Source: Bacteroidetes bacterium GWF2_33_16 (GTDB taxonomy: Bacteria > Bacteroidota > Bacteroidia > Bacteroidales > UBA12077). Taken from it: a stretch of DNA of 64,000 bases. Both the position numbers and the translations under genes were made by a program. The DNA is taken from positions 9,373-73,372 of the forward strand of contig MEOE01000011.1 in the NCBI GenBank assembly GCA_001768565.1, read 5' to 3'. Below the pieces are notes generated by a model. The model worked only from the letters and a program-made list of their open reading frames with translations, was not told the DNA's origin and searched no databases. This document shows positions 40,233 to 49,578 of the stretch, piece by piece (positions within the stretch are counted from its first letter, which is position 1; every line of letters begins with the position of its first letter).

Positions 40233-42053
40233 TTATCCTTTATACTGTTGTTGCAGCTTGCTAATAATATCCACCGATTCGGTAAATAAAGTATCCATTT
40301 GTGTACTTTCCGATGCTGGTGCATAACGAGCATACTCGCAACGATCAATAATTCCAAGTACTTGGTCAATAAAAGTTTGTTCTATTCCTTTTAGTATCAT
40401 TTGCTGATTCGCACTTTCTTTCGATAGACCTGAAATTGGAATACTAAACTTATCGCTAATGTATCCCCATAGAGCCTTTGCAAGTTCTTCGTAAAAATCC
40501 TCTTTCTTATTATGTTTCAAATATTCCGAGGCTTTTTGTAATCTTTTTCGTGCATATTTATCGGCTTTTCTTGTTCTAACAAGTTGGGTATTGGCGTTCT
40601 CAAGTATCATTTTTCGACGTAAAAAGAAGGTTAATACAAATAATGCCAAAGCAATTAAGAAGGAAAGATAAAACCAGGTTGAACCAAAAATAAATTTGTC
40701 TTTAAGTTTTAAATTAGAATTGTCTTTTTTAATAAAATGAATATCTTTCCCTAAAAACTTAATATCTTCTTTCGAAAATACATTGGCAAGAGCCATTGTA
40801 GTATCATCGGCACCTTTTAAAACATTTATATTATATGGACCTGCCTTTTGAATTTTATATTGATCATTGTTGGTATCAAAATTAGAAAACTCAAATTCTG
40901 GTATAGTAAATTCGCCTGCATGTCTTGGTATTAAAAGATATTCGAATGTTTTTGATCCAGTTGCTCCATTGTCAGAATATTTTATATTATCGCTTATTTT
41001 TGGGTCATAAACATCAAAATCTGATGGGAACTCAATTTTTGGGGCATTAATGTATTTTAAATTTCCGTTTCCACTTATTTTTATTCGCAGAGTAATTGCT
41101 TCGTTTGTTTTTGTATTCGTTTTGTCAAGAGATGCATCCATCTTTAGGTTACCAATAGCACCGGCAAACGAAGCCGGCTTATTTTCGGGCAATGTCTGAA
41201 CCTTAATTTTTACTGGTGAACTAAATGCTTTGGTCTGAGCTCGCTCATAGGTTCCAAAAAACTCATCAAACATACTTCCGGATCGTCGGCGAGTCGCTGC
41301 CTGATAATAACAAACGAGTTCGAATGGTTTTATCTCTATTTCGCCGGTAGTTTGCGGATATAAAATGTATTTATCAATTACTCCGGTTAAATAGATTTGT
41401 CCATTAACATTTTCCTGATTAAGTCGAGTTAATGGAGGTACTTCAATTTTTTCGGCAATAAAACCATCAAAAGCAGGAGGCCGATATTCTCCAAGATTTG
41501 TTATATTAAGTTTTGAATAAAGTTTTATGGTTGCTATTAAATGTTCCTCGCGAAAAGTTTTGGTTTTATTAACAATTATTTTTAAAAACAAGTCGGATGT
41601 TGCAATAGGTTCAGAGTTTTCTGTATTCTGTGGTTGAGTAGCAGCAGGGTTTTGTCTAGTTTGTGATTGTTGACCTGAACCTTTAATTACTTCAATTTTT
41701 AATGTATTTGATGTATATTTCTTTTTATCAACAGTTACTTCAGCTGAAGAAATAGTAAATTCGCCCTCTTTTGCAGCTTCAAGAATATAGGTATATCGGA
41801 GTTCATAATTTTGGGTCATTTTACCATTTATAATACTTACATTGCTTGATGTAGATGTACTTGGTCCGGCAAGAATAACAAAGCCATCAAGGTTTGGTGG
41901 TAAAAACCTTTCTGCCTGTGAATTTACTGAATAGGTTAATCTGAATTGCTGTCCCACTTCAACAACTCCGGGGGCAGTTGCTGTAAATGTTACATCCTGT
42001 GCGTAAATACAGGTAGTAAGAAATACTAACACAATAAAATACCAACGTTTCAT
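40233..42053 (-). CDS. batD: BatD
   Basis: VEVGQQFRLTYSVN, GPSTS, FAGAIG, ISGNGNLK, FEYLLIPR, CEYARYAP; start set at MKRWYF. Confidence 0.9.
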   Translation of the reverse strand: MKRWYFIVLVFLTTCIYAQDVTFTATAPGVVEVGQQFRLTYSVNSQAERFLPPNLDGFVILAGPSTSTSSNVSIINGKMTQNYELRYTYILEAAKEGEFTISSAEVTVDKKKYTSNTLKIEVIKGSGQQSQTRQNPAATQPQNTENSEPIATSDLFLKIIVNKTKTFREEHLIATIKLYSKLNITNLGEYRPPAFDGFIAEKIEVPPLTRLNQENVNGQIYLTGVIDKYILYPQTTGEIEIKPFELVCYYQAATRRRSGSMFDEFFGTYERAQTKAFSSPVKIKVQTLPENKPASFAGAIGNLKMDASLDKTNTKTNEAITLRIKISGNGNLKYINAPKIEFPSDFDVYDPKISDNIKYSDNGATGSKTFEYLLIPRHAGEFTIPEFEFSNFDTNNDQYKIQKAGPYNINVLKGADDTTMALANVFSKEDIKFLGKDIHFIKKDNSNLKLKDKFIFGSTWFYLSFLIALALFVLTFFLRRKMILENANTQLVRTRKADKYARKRLQKASEYLKHNKKEDFYEELAKALWGYISDKFSIPISGLSKESANQQMILKGIEQTFIDQVLGIIDRCEYARYAPASESTQMDTLFTESVDIISKLQQQYKG

Positions 42054-42140
42054 TTTATTTAATTCCACTTTTATCTTTTTACTTTTATCTTGTTATTTGT
42101 TTCCCACCTTCGGTGGGCAATCTTGTTTCTTGAAACATAA

Positions 42141-42827
42141 TTACCACTCTTTAACCACTCTGGCTTTAGCGGCTTTTGCTTTTTCTTGTTTTAATTTATC
42201 CTGGGTTTTCTTTTCATCATTTGCCAGAGCCTGCAACAATCGTTCAGCATCTTCCTTAGAAATTTTTGGTTGTTGCTGCTGTTGTTGCTGTTCATCTTTT
42301 TTATCTTGTTGATCCTGGTTTTGCTGCTGATCTTTCTGATCCTTATTTTGATCTTTGTTTTCCTCGTTTTTATCTTGCTTATCCTGTTGTTGCTGTTGTT
42401 GCATTAATTTTTGAGCATAAGCAAGATTGTATTTTGTTTCCATATCATTTGGATTATTTCTTAAGGCTTCTTTGTATGCATCAATACTTTCTTGTAGCTT
42501 TTGATTTTGTAACATTGAATTACCAATGTTATGATATAATTTTGACTTGTCTTCTTTGCTAAGTTGTTTGCTTGAAAGCTCACTGAATTGTTTTGTTGCA
42601 TCTTCGTATTTTTCTTGTTTGTATAATGCGTCGCCAATATTGAATGATGCATTATAAGACGATTTATCCTTATCAATTGCTTTACGGTATTGAATTTCAG
42701 ATTCCTGAAAGTTCTCTTTCTCGTAAAGTTTATTTCCTTTGCGAATAAATTTTCTCTCCTGCTGCGCAAATGCAGTTACAGCAAGAAGAACAAGAATATA
42801 TATGCTAATAAACTTAATCCACTTCAT
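42141..42827 (-). CDS. batC: BatC (TPR protein with Gln-rich linker)
   Basis: IRKGNKLY, YHNIGNS, YKEALRNNPNDMETKYNL, poly-Q linker, AERLLQAL, terminal KEW. Confidence 0.9.
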   Translation of the reverse strand: MKWIKFISIYILVLLAVTAFAQQERKFIRKGNKLYEKENFQESEIQYRKAIDKDKSSYNASFNIGDALYKQEKYEDATKQFSELSSKQLSKEDKSKLYHNIGNSMLQNQKLQESIDAYKEALRNNPNDMETKYNLAYAQKLMQQQQQQDKQDKNEENKDQNKDQKDQQQNQDQQDKKDEQQQQQQQPKISKEDAERLLQALANDEKKTQDKLKQEKAKAAKARVVKEW

Positions 42828-42828
42828 A

Positions 42829-43866
42829 TTATGCATTTATTTTAAAAATATTGAAATTTGAAAACCATTTACTTTTCCTATCGGAGATAAGTAATTCCAA
42901 AAGTAGAAAGAAGATAGAAATTCCCAATAAATATTGGAATCTGTGTTCGAACTCAGTAAATATTTTTGTTTCTATTTCTTGTTTTTGCATTTTATTAATT
43001 TGTTCGAGAAGCTTATTAAGTCCAACTTCGTTATTGTTTGCACGAATAAATATTCCCTCTGTTACCGAAGCAATTTGTTGCAATGCTGCTTGATCGAGCT
43101 TGCTTATGACCACTTTATCGTCTCTGTCTTTTAGAAAAATTGTTTGTCCGTATCCTTTCTGGAGTGGGATAGGAGCTCCCTCCGGACTTCCCATACCAAT
43201 TGTATGTACTGTAATTCCTTTTTCTTTTGCTAATTCAGCGGCTGCAATTGCATCATCTTCATGATTTTCACCATCGGTAATAATAATTAATGCTTTATCC
43301 ATTTCGGTTTCGGGTGTAAATGAATTCATAGCCAGATCAATTGCCGATCCAATTGCTGTTCCCTGCTTTGAAACATTTCCAGTATTAACCGAAGATAAAA
43401 ACATTTTAGCTGCAGCATAATCAGTAGTTAATGGAACTTGTATATACGAATCGCCAGCAAAAATAATTAGTCCAAAACGATCGTTTTCTAACTTCTCAAT
43501 TAGCTTCGAAATAGCTTGTTTGGCTCGTTCAAGTCGATTGGGCTGTAGATCTTCAGCTAGCATGCTATTCGAAACATCAAGAGCAATAATGATTTCTGCA
43601 CCTTTCTTCTTCACAATTTCAAGCTTCGAACCAAACTGAGGATCAGCCAATGCAAGTATTGCTGAAGTAAACGAAATAGTAATAAAAACAAACTTGAGCA
43701 ATGGCCTGTTTTTCGAAACAAAGGGCATTAATTGCCCAATAAGCTCTAGGTCGCCAAACTTTTGTAGCGAACGTTTTTTATATAAAACAGAGAGTATATA
43801 TAATAATACCAATACTGGGATTACAATCAATAAATACAAATATTCCGGATGACCAAACTTAAACAT
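42829..43866 (-). CDS. batB: BatB (vWA domain)
   Basis: ALDVSNSMLAED..PNRLE, VPLTTD, ITDGENHE. Confidence 0.92.
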   Translation of the reverse strand: MFKFGHPEYLYLLIVIPVLVLLYILSVLYKKRSLQKFGDLELIGQLMPFVSKNRPLLKFVFITISFTSAILALADPQFGSKLEIVKKKGAEIIIALDVSNSMLAEDLQPNRLERAKQAISKLIEKLENDRFGLIIFAGDSYIQVPLTTDYAAAKMFLSSVNTGNVSKQGTAIGSAIDLAMNSFTPETEMDKALIIITDGENHEDDAIAAAELAKEKGITVHTIGMGSPEGAPIPLQKGYGQTIFLKDRDDKVVISKLDQAALQQIASVTEGIFIRANNNEVGLNKLLEQINKMQKQEIETKIFTEFEHRFQYLLGISIFFLLLELLISDRKSKWFSNFNIFKINA

Positions 43867-43960
43867 AACCAGTTAATTAATTAAATACACCTATTTTTAT
43901 TTATATTAAATTTGAATTAAAGTCCTTTAACACTTTTTATATCTTTGCAAAAGGGGATAA

Positions 43961-44953
43961 CTATGGAATTTGCCTTAAAACAGTATACCTTAAAATCAGT
44001 TCCATGGCTAATAATAGCAATCCAAAAAGAACATACTTTAGGTACTCTTCTGTTTTTTGTGTAAATTCTCTTATATCAATTTTGGTTTTCTCCAATTGAT
44101 CAATTTCATTATAAATCATTTTCAATTTTTCGTTGTTTGTAGCGCGAAAGTATTTACCACCGGTTTTCTCAGCGATTTGTGTAAGTACATCTTCATCAAT
44201 TTCAACAGGAATATTCTGAACCTGAACACCATAAACGGTATTAAACGGATATGGAGCAGTTCCCATACTTCCAACACCAATTGTATAAACACGAATTCCA
44301 AATGTTTGAGCCAATTCGGCTGCAGTTAATGGAGCAACCGATCCTCTGTTATTTACACCATCGGTTAACAAAATAATTACTTTACTTTTTGCATTACTGT
44401 CTTTTAGTCTATTTACAGCATTTGCCAAACCAAGTCCAATTGCTGTTCCATCTTCAATCATTCCGCTTTTTACATCTCTAAACAGATTAATAACCACCTT
44501 GTGATCAGTTGTTAATGGGCATTGAGTAAAGCTTTCTCCACTAAATACAACTAATCCTATACGATCAGTTTGTCGACCAGAAATAAATTGAATGGCCAAA
44601 TCTTTTGATGCTTCAAGTCTATCAGGTTTAAAGTCCATCGCAAGCATACTTCCTGAAATATCTAGAGCCAGAACAATATCGATACCTTCGGTAGAAACAT
44701 TTTTCCAGTTTAATGTAGATTGTGGGCGTGCTAAAGCAATTAAAAATAATGTAAGAGCCATAATTCTAATAGCAAAAAGGAGATGTCGTAAAAAATATTT
44801 ATAAGTTAGATAATTACTACTAATTCCTTTTAATGTGCTTATTTGGATACTTGCATTTAAATCCCTATTTTTTAAAATATACCATATAATTATAGGTATA
44901 ATTAAAATTAACAGATAAAGTAAATTTGGATTTGCAAAAGTTAATTCTTTCAT
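43961..44953 (-). CDS. batA: BatA (vWA domain)
   Basis: ALARPQ, LDISGSMLAMDFKPDRL, GTAIGLGLA, LLTDGVNN, TGGKYFRA. Confidence 0.93.
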   Translation of the reverse strand: MKELTFANPNLLYLLILIIPIIIWYILKNRDLNASIQISTLKGISSNYLTYKYFLRHLLFAIRIMALTLFLIALARPQSTLNWKNVSTEGIDIVLALDISGSMLAMDFKPDRLEASKDLAIQFISGRQTDRIGLVVFSGESFTQCPLTTDHKVVINLFRDVKSGMIEDGTAIGLGLANAVNRLKDSNAKSKVIILLTDGVNNRGSVAPLTAAELAQTFGIRVYTIGVGSMGTAPYPFNTVYGVQVQNIPVEIDEDVLTQIAEKTGGKYFRATNNEKLKMIYNEIDQLEKTKIDIREFTQKTEEYLKYVLFGLLLLAMELILRYTVLRQIP

Positions 44954-44959
44954 AGTTTA

Positions 44960-46003
44960 CTAATCTATCTTTTCTTTGATTTCTGTGTTTACCACTTCTG
45001 ATTTATTTACTTGTTCACTTTTTAATGAGCTTTCAGTTTCCTCAGCATTCTCAATGATAATTAGTTTTGTATTATCAACAAATTTGAAAGCTCCATTGAA
45101 ACATTTTTCGTGTTCATCAACCTGAGGTTTGAATTTTGCAAACTTTACAAGGTCTGATGTTACTAAAATATCTTTTAAGATAGCAAATGATTTTTCATCA
45201 CTAAATTCTGATTCTTTTAATGATTGTAATATCTCATCACTTGTGCGTTCCATTGAACGAATAGCATATCTGTTCCACAAATAATGTCTTAATATATCTG
45301 TAATTCGAGTATAATAATCCTTGATTTTATCGTTTTGCAAAAGCTTATCATTTTTAAGTTTTTCCAAATCTCTAAATGCAATAATATGAGCAGGCTCTAG
45401 TGGTTTAAATCGTTTGAAAATCGGTTCCTTACGCTTCAGTTTAATTATGATATATACAATTAAAAGAATTATAAATAAAATTCCCAATCCTCCCAAAATA
45501 TAAGGCAAAGCCTCTCTGAATGTAACCGGAGCAGAATATGGTAGTTTAATATCCTTAATTGTATTTGTTGTATCTAGTGGAATCGAATTAACAATAAAAG
45601 TCAACGCGTTCGTATATAATGTATCTAGTTTATCATTGTTTTTTACAAATACAGGTATTGGTGCAATTATATAAGATCCTGAATCAAATGCAGTTATAAT
45701 AATGCTCTTTTCAATAAGCATATTTCCATCTTCAAGTATTGATGTATCAGGTTTGAATTGCTCAATAATTTCGATAGTATCTGTTAGTTTAGGCTCAAAT
45801 TCAGGCAAAAAAACGAGCGCATTTTTTGGTTTTATAACCGAAATACTCATTTTTACCTGATCACCAATTAATGCTTGATTTTTTTCAAGTACTGCTTTGG
45901 TCTTAATTTCCTGAGCGATTCCGTTAAATGCCATGAATAAGAAAGCAAATACGATTAAAGTGATTCTTAGTGTTTTATTATATGTTAATTTATGAATAAT
46001 CAT
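44960..46003 (-). CDS. Conserved bat-operon membrane protein (BatD-like Ig domain + TM + helical domain)
   Basis: IGDQV, ITAFDSG, IKDIK, single TM, YYTRITDILRHYL, SDLVKFAK; standard position upstream of batA. Confidence 0.8.
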   Translation of the reverse strand: MIIHKLTYNKTLRITLIVFAFLFMAFNGIAQEIKTKAVLEKNQALIGDQVKMSISVIKPKNALVFLPEFEPKLTDTIEIIEQFKPDTSILEDGNMLIEKSIIITAFDSGSYIIAPIPVFVKNNDKLDTLYTNALTFIVNSIPLDTTNTIKDIKLPYSAPVTFREALPYILGGLGILFIILLIVYIIIKLKRKEPIFKRFKPLEPAHIIAFRDLEKLKNDKLLQNDKIKDYYTRITDILRHYLWNRYAIRSMERTSDEILQSLKESEFSDEKSFAILKDILVTSDLVKFAKFKPQVDEHEKCFNGAFKFVDNTKLIIIENAEETESSLKSEQVNKSEVVNTEIKEKID

Positions 46004-46024
46004 ATAAGTTTGTTTGTATTTAGT

Positions 46025-46909
46025 TTATCGCTTTTTAAATAATTTCATTAATGGTTTTACATAATCTTCTTCGGTACTAATTGAAACAAAGTCTACTCCT
46101 GCTTTTGTAAGTGTTTCACTAGTTAGTTTTTCATTTTTTCTCCACCATCCCGAATAATTATTTCTCACTTGCTTACTTGAAGTATCAACCCATGCATATT
46201 TACCTGTCTCGGCATCTTTAAAACGAATTAGTCCAACATCAGGCAGCTCGGTTTCGCGTTTATCATAAATTTTTAAAGCAATTACATCGTGTTTTCTATT
46301 TGCAATACGCAATGCTTCATCAAAACGAGGGAAACCTGTTTGAGGGTTATCATCAATAAAATCAGAGATTATAAAAGCTGTACTTCTCTTTTTTATTGCA
46401 TTTGTCAAATATCGAAGTGCTTCGGAAATGTTTGTTTCCTGATTTTCAGGTTCGAACTCGAGCAATTCTCTTATAATTCGTAAAGTATGTGTTCTTCCTT
46501 TTTTAGGAGGAATAAACTTTTCTACCTTATCGCTAAAAAGAATTACACCAATTTTATCGTTATTCTGAATAGCAGAAAAAGATAAAACAGCAGCTATTTC
46601 CGTTATCAGGTTTTTTTTGAGTTTCGATTGAGTTCCAAATGTTCTTGAGTTACTAATATCGACAAGAAGCATTACAGTAAGCTCGCGTTCTTCTTCGAAT
46701 ATTTTTATATATGGATGATTAAAACGAGCTGTTACATTCCAATCAATGGACCGTATATCATCACCATATTGATATTCACGTACTTCGCTAAAAGCCATTC
46801 CACGACCTTTAAATGCACTGTGATATTCGCCGGCAAAGATATTCTTTGACAGTCCCCGGGTTTTAATTTCAATTTTTCGTACTTTCTTAAGTAGTTCTGA
46901 AGCTTCCAC
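46025..46909 (-). CDS. DUF58 protein
   Basis: GEYHSAFKGRGMAFSEVREYQYGDDIRSIDWNVTAR; EEEREL. Confidence 0.93.
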   Translation of the reverse strand: MEASELLKKVRKIEIKTRGLSKNIFAGEYHSAFKGRGMAFSEVREYQYGDDIRSIDWNVTARFNHPYIKIFEEERELTVMLLVDISNSRTFGTQSKLKKNLITEIAAVLSFSAIQNNDKIGVILFSDKVEKFIPPKKGRTHTLRIIRELLEFEPENQETNISEALRYLTNAIKKRSTAFIISDFIDDNPQTGFPRFDEALRIANRKHDVIALKIYDKRETELPDVGLIRFKDAETGKYAWVDTSSKQVRNNYSGWWRKNEKLTSETLTKAGVDFVSISTEEDYVKPLMKLFKKR

Positions 46910-46936
46910 AGTTAATCTCTTTAATGATTATTAAAA

Positions 46937-47350
46937 TCATTTTTCGAGCTTCTTGGTAATTACGGAGAAATACCATTCTTCCTTTTTAATTTGTATTACA
47001 AAATTAAATTTGCCTGTTTGGTAATCGTGCCATGTTAAGTCGTTTTTATACTCGAATTGCTTATTTAGTGAATCAATAGTTTGCTTTAATAAACCATAAT
47101 CACACATAAGCTGACTAAATTTACAATAGCCATCATCATCTAATACAAATAGCAAAGTGCGGTAACCATCGTGATCTTCGTATTTTATAAAACTACTTTT
47201 ACCACCAAAAACCTCCTTTGAAAAATAGAAGTCTTTATGATTTTCGCTCATCTGCTTCTTAATCTCCAACTTATGAGCACCAACAAAATTTTGACCAAGA
47301 ACATTTAAGCTCGAAACTACAATTAACAGAAGTACAATTATTTTTTTCAT
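46937..47350 (-). CDS. Hypothetical exported protein inserted between moxR and DUF58
   Basis: 137-aa ORF with signal peptide, tightly spaced and co-oriented. Confidence 0.7.
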   Translation of the reverse strand: MKKIIVLLLIVVSSLNVLGQNFVGAHKLEIKKQMSENHKDFYFSKEVFGGKSSFIKYEDHDGYRTLLFVLDDDGYCKFSQLMCDYGLLKQTIDSLNKQFEYKNDLTWHDYQTGKFNFVIQIKKEEWYFSVITKKLEK

Positions 47351-47369
47351 ATCAAGAACTATGTAACCA

Positions 47370-48365
47370 TTATGGAACTTCTATAGTGTTAAGGATTTCC
47401 GTAATAATATCTTCTGATTTAATGTTTTCGGCTTCGGCTTCGTATGTAAGTCCTATTCTGTGGCGCAATACATCGTGACAAACAGCGCGAACATCTTCAG
47501 GAATAACATAACCTCTGCGTTTAATAAATGCATATGCTTTGGATGCCATTGCCAGGTTAATGCTTGCACGAGGCGAACCACCATAATTTATCATCACCGA
47601 AAACTTCTCTAAACCATAATTTTCCGGAAATCGTGTTGCAAAAACTATATCGAGAATATATTTCTCAATTTTTTCGTCAAGATACACATCTTTTACCACA
47701 TTTCTAGCGTCAATAATATTTTGTGGTTTCAAAATAGTACTTGCTTTTGGAAATTGTTTTGCAACATTCTGACGAACAATTAATTTTTCCTCTTCAATTT
47801 TTGGATAATCAACCACAACCTTAAGCATAAATCGGTCAACCTGTGCTTCAGGTAATGGATATGTACCTTCCTGTTCAATTGGATTTTGTGTAGCCAGAAC
47901 GAGGAAAGGTTCTTCCAAAGGATAGGTTTGATCACCAATAGTAACTTGTCGTTCCTGCATGGCTTCAAGCAAAGCACTTTGAACTTTAGCTGGAGATCTG
48001 TTAATCTCATCAGCTAAAACAAAATTGGTGAAAATAGGACCTTTCTTTACCATGAATTCTTCTTTTTTCTGACTATAAATCATAGTTCCAATAAGGTCGG
48101 CAGGCAACAAGTCTGGTGTAAACTGAATTCTACTAAATTTGGCATCAATAGTATCGGCCAATGTATTTATAGCCAATGTTTTTGCCAATCCTGGAACACC
48201 TTCAAGTAAAATGTGTCCATTTGAGAGTAAACCGATTAATAAAGAGTCGACAAGATGTTTTTGTCCCACAATAACTTTACCCATCTCGATCTTTAACAAA
48301 TCAACAAATGAGCTCTCTTTTTGTATTCGGTCATTTAGCTCTTTAACATCAATTGTTTCGTTCAT
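47370..48365 (-). CDS. moxR: MoxR-family AAA+ ATPase
   Basis: GVPGLAKT, RIQFTPDLLPAD, LADEINR, ATQNPIEQEGTYPLPEAQVDRF. Confidence 0.96.
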   Translation of the reverse strand: MNETIDVKELNDRIQKESSFVDLLKIEMGKVIVGQKHLVDSLLIGLLSNGHILLEGVPGLAKTLAINTLADTIDAKFSRIQFTPDLLPADLIGTMIYSQKKEEFMVKKGPIFTNFVLADEINRSPAKVQSALLEAMQERQVTIGDQTYPLEEPFLVLATQNPIEQEGTYPLPEAQVDRFMLKVVVDYPKIEEEKLIVRQNVAKQFPKASTILKPQNIIDARNVVKDVYLDEKIEKYILDIVFATRFPENYGLEKFSVMINYGGSPRASINLAMASKAYAFIKRRGYVIPEDVRAVCHDVLRHRIGLTYEAEAENIKSEDIITEILNTIEVP

Positions 48366-48580
48366 AATTTAAAAATTTACAAAAGTTACATAAATTTTAA
48401 TTGTTCTAAAAAATAATTGTTTGATTTTAACTTCTGTTATTGTAAAATCGATACAATATTAGTTTATTAAAGTGTTAATGAATGTTAATTTTTTTTAAGA
48501 AACCATAACCCTATTATTAATTATCATTAAGCAGTAAGTATTAAATGGGTATTAGCTAATGGTGAGCAAAAAACTTTAAA

Positions 48581-48645
48581 CCCGCCACGGCGGGCAAGCT
48601 TTAGTTCACTTTAGTCACTTTAGCACACTTTAGCACACTTTTAAC
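48581..48645. repeat. CCCGCC-ac-GGCGGG hairpin followed by a CTTTAG(n)CA tandem array
   Basis: cccgccacggcggg-caag-ctttagttca-ctttagtca-ctttagcaca-ctttagcaca-ctttt. Confidence 0.7.
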
Positions 48646-48697
48646 TAATTTCTCTCTCAAAATTAGTAGCTTTGTAACAACTAAACAATATTCAAAA

Positions 48698-49450
48698 TTG
48701 AGATATTTTGTTCAACTTAGCTATCTGGGAACAAACTATTGTGGTTGGCAAATTCAACCTAATGGTAATACAGTACAACAGGTTCTAAATAACGCATTTT
48801 CTACTATTTTACAAGAAAGTATTGAAATAACTGGAGCTGGTAGAACTGATACAGGTGTACACGCCTCTTATTTTATGGCTCATTTTGATTCATTAAAAGA
48901 AAACCTGCATTTAGATCAAAAGATTTTATTAAAATTAAATGGAATTTTACCTTTAGATATTGCCATTCAAAAGATATTTGCAGTTAAGTCTGATGCTCAT
49001 ACCCGATTTAATGCAACCAGTCGAACATATAATTATTTTATTCATCAACAGAAAGATCCGTTTCTTTTAAAAACATCATGGTATTTTCCTTACAAATTAG
49101 ATATTAACATGATGAATGAAGCATCTGAAATGATGATTCATTTTTCAGATTTTACTAGTTTTAGTAAGTTACACACCGATGTTAAAACAAACAATTGCAA
49201 AGTATTTTCTGCAATGTGGACACAAGAAAATTATAAAATTTGTTTTACTATAAAAGCAGATCGTTTTCTCAGAAATATGGTAAGGGCAATTGTAGGAACA
49301 ATATTAGAAGTAGGTAAAGGAAAAATTGATTTGGAAGAATTTGTTCAAATAGTTGAAAGTAAAAACAGATCCGAAGCGGGTATATCAGTACCTGCGCATG
49401 GATTATTTCTTTCGGCAATTGAATATCATAAAGATATTTTTTTAAAATGA
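48698..49450 (+). CDS. truA: tRNA pseudouridine(38-40) synthase
   Basis: GWQIQPN, GAGRTDTGVHA, ADRFLRNMVRAIVGT, PAHGLFL. Confidence 0.96.
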   Translation: MRYFVQLSYLGTNYCGWQIQPNGNTVQQVLNNAFSTILQESIEITGAGRTDTGVHASYFMAHFDSLKENLHLDQKILLKLNGILPLDIAIQKIFAVKSDAHTRFNATSRTYNYFIHQQKDPFLLKTSWYFPYKLDINMMNEASEMMIHFSDFTSFSKLHTDVKTNNCKVFSAMWTQENYKICFTIKADRFLRNMVRAIVGTILEVGKGKIDLEEFVQIVESKNRSEAGISVPAHGLFLSAIEYHKDIFLK

Positions 49451-49578
49451 GTTTACCAGATATTATTGATAATCTAAAAAAGTTTATAAATTTCAAAAAT
49501 TTAAGATAAATAGAAGTATTTATATCTCAATACAAAATAAATTGTTATCTTAGGTTCACTTAAAATAGCGCTAATACT

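Noticed and set aside
42266-42410. CAA/CAG-rich repeat in batC and the antisense poly-Cys/Val ORFs
   Set aside because: A Gln/Asp/Lys-rich linker is a normal BatC feature; the opposite-strand ORFs are shadows.
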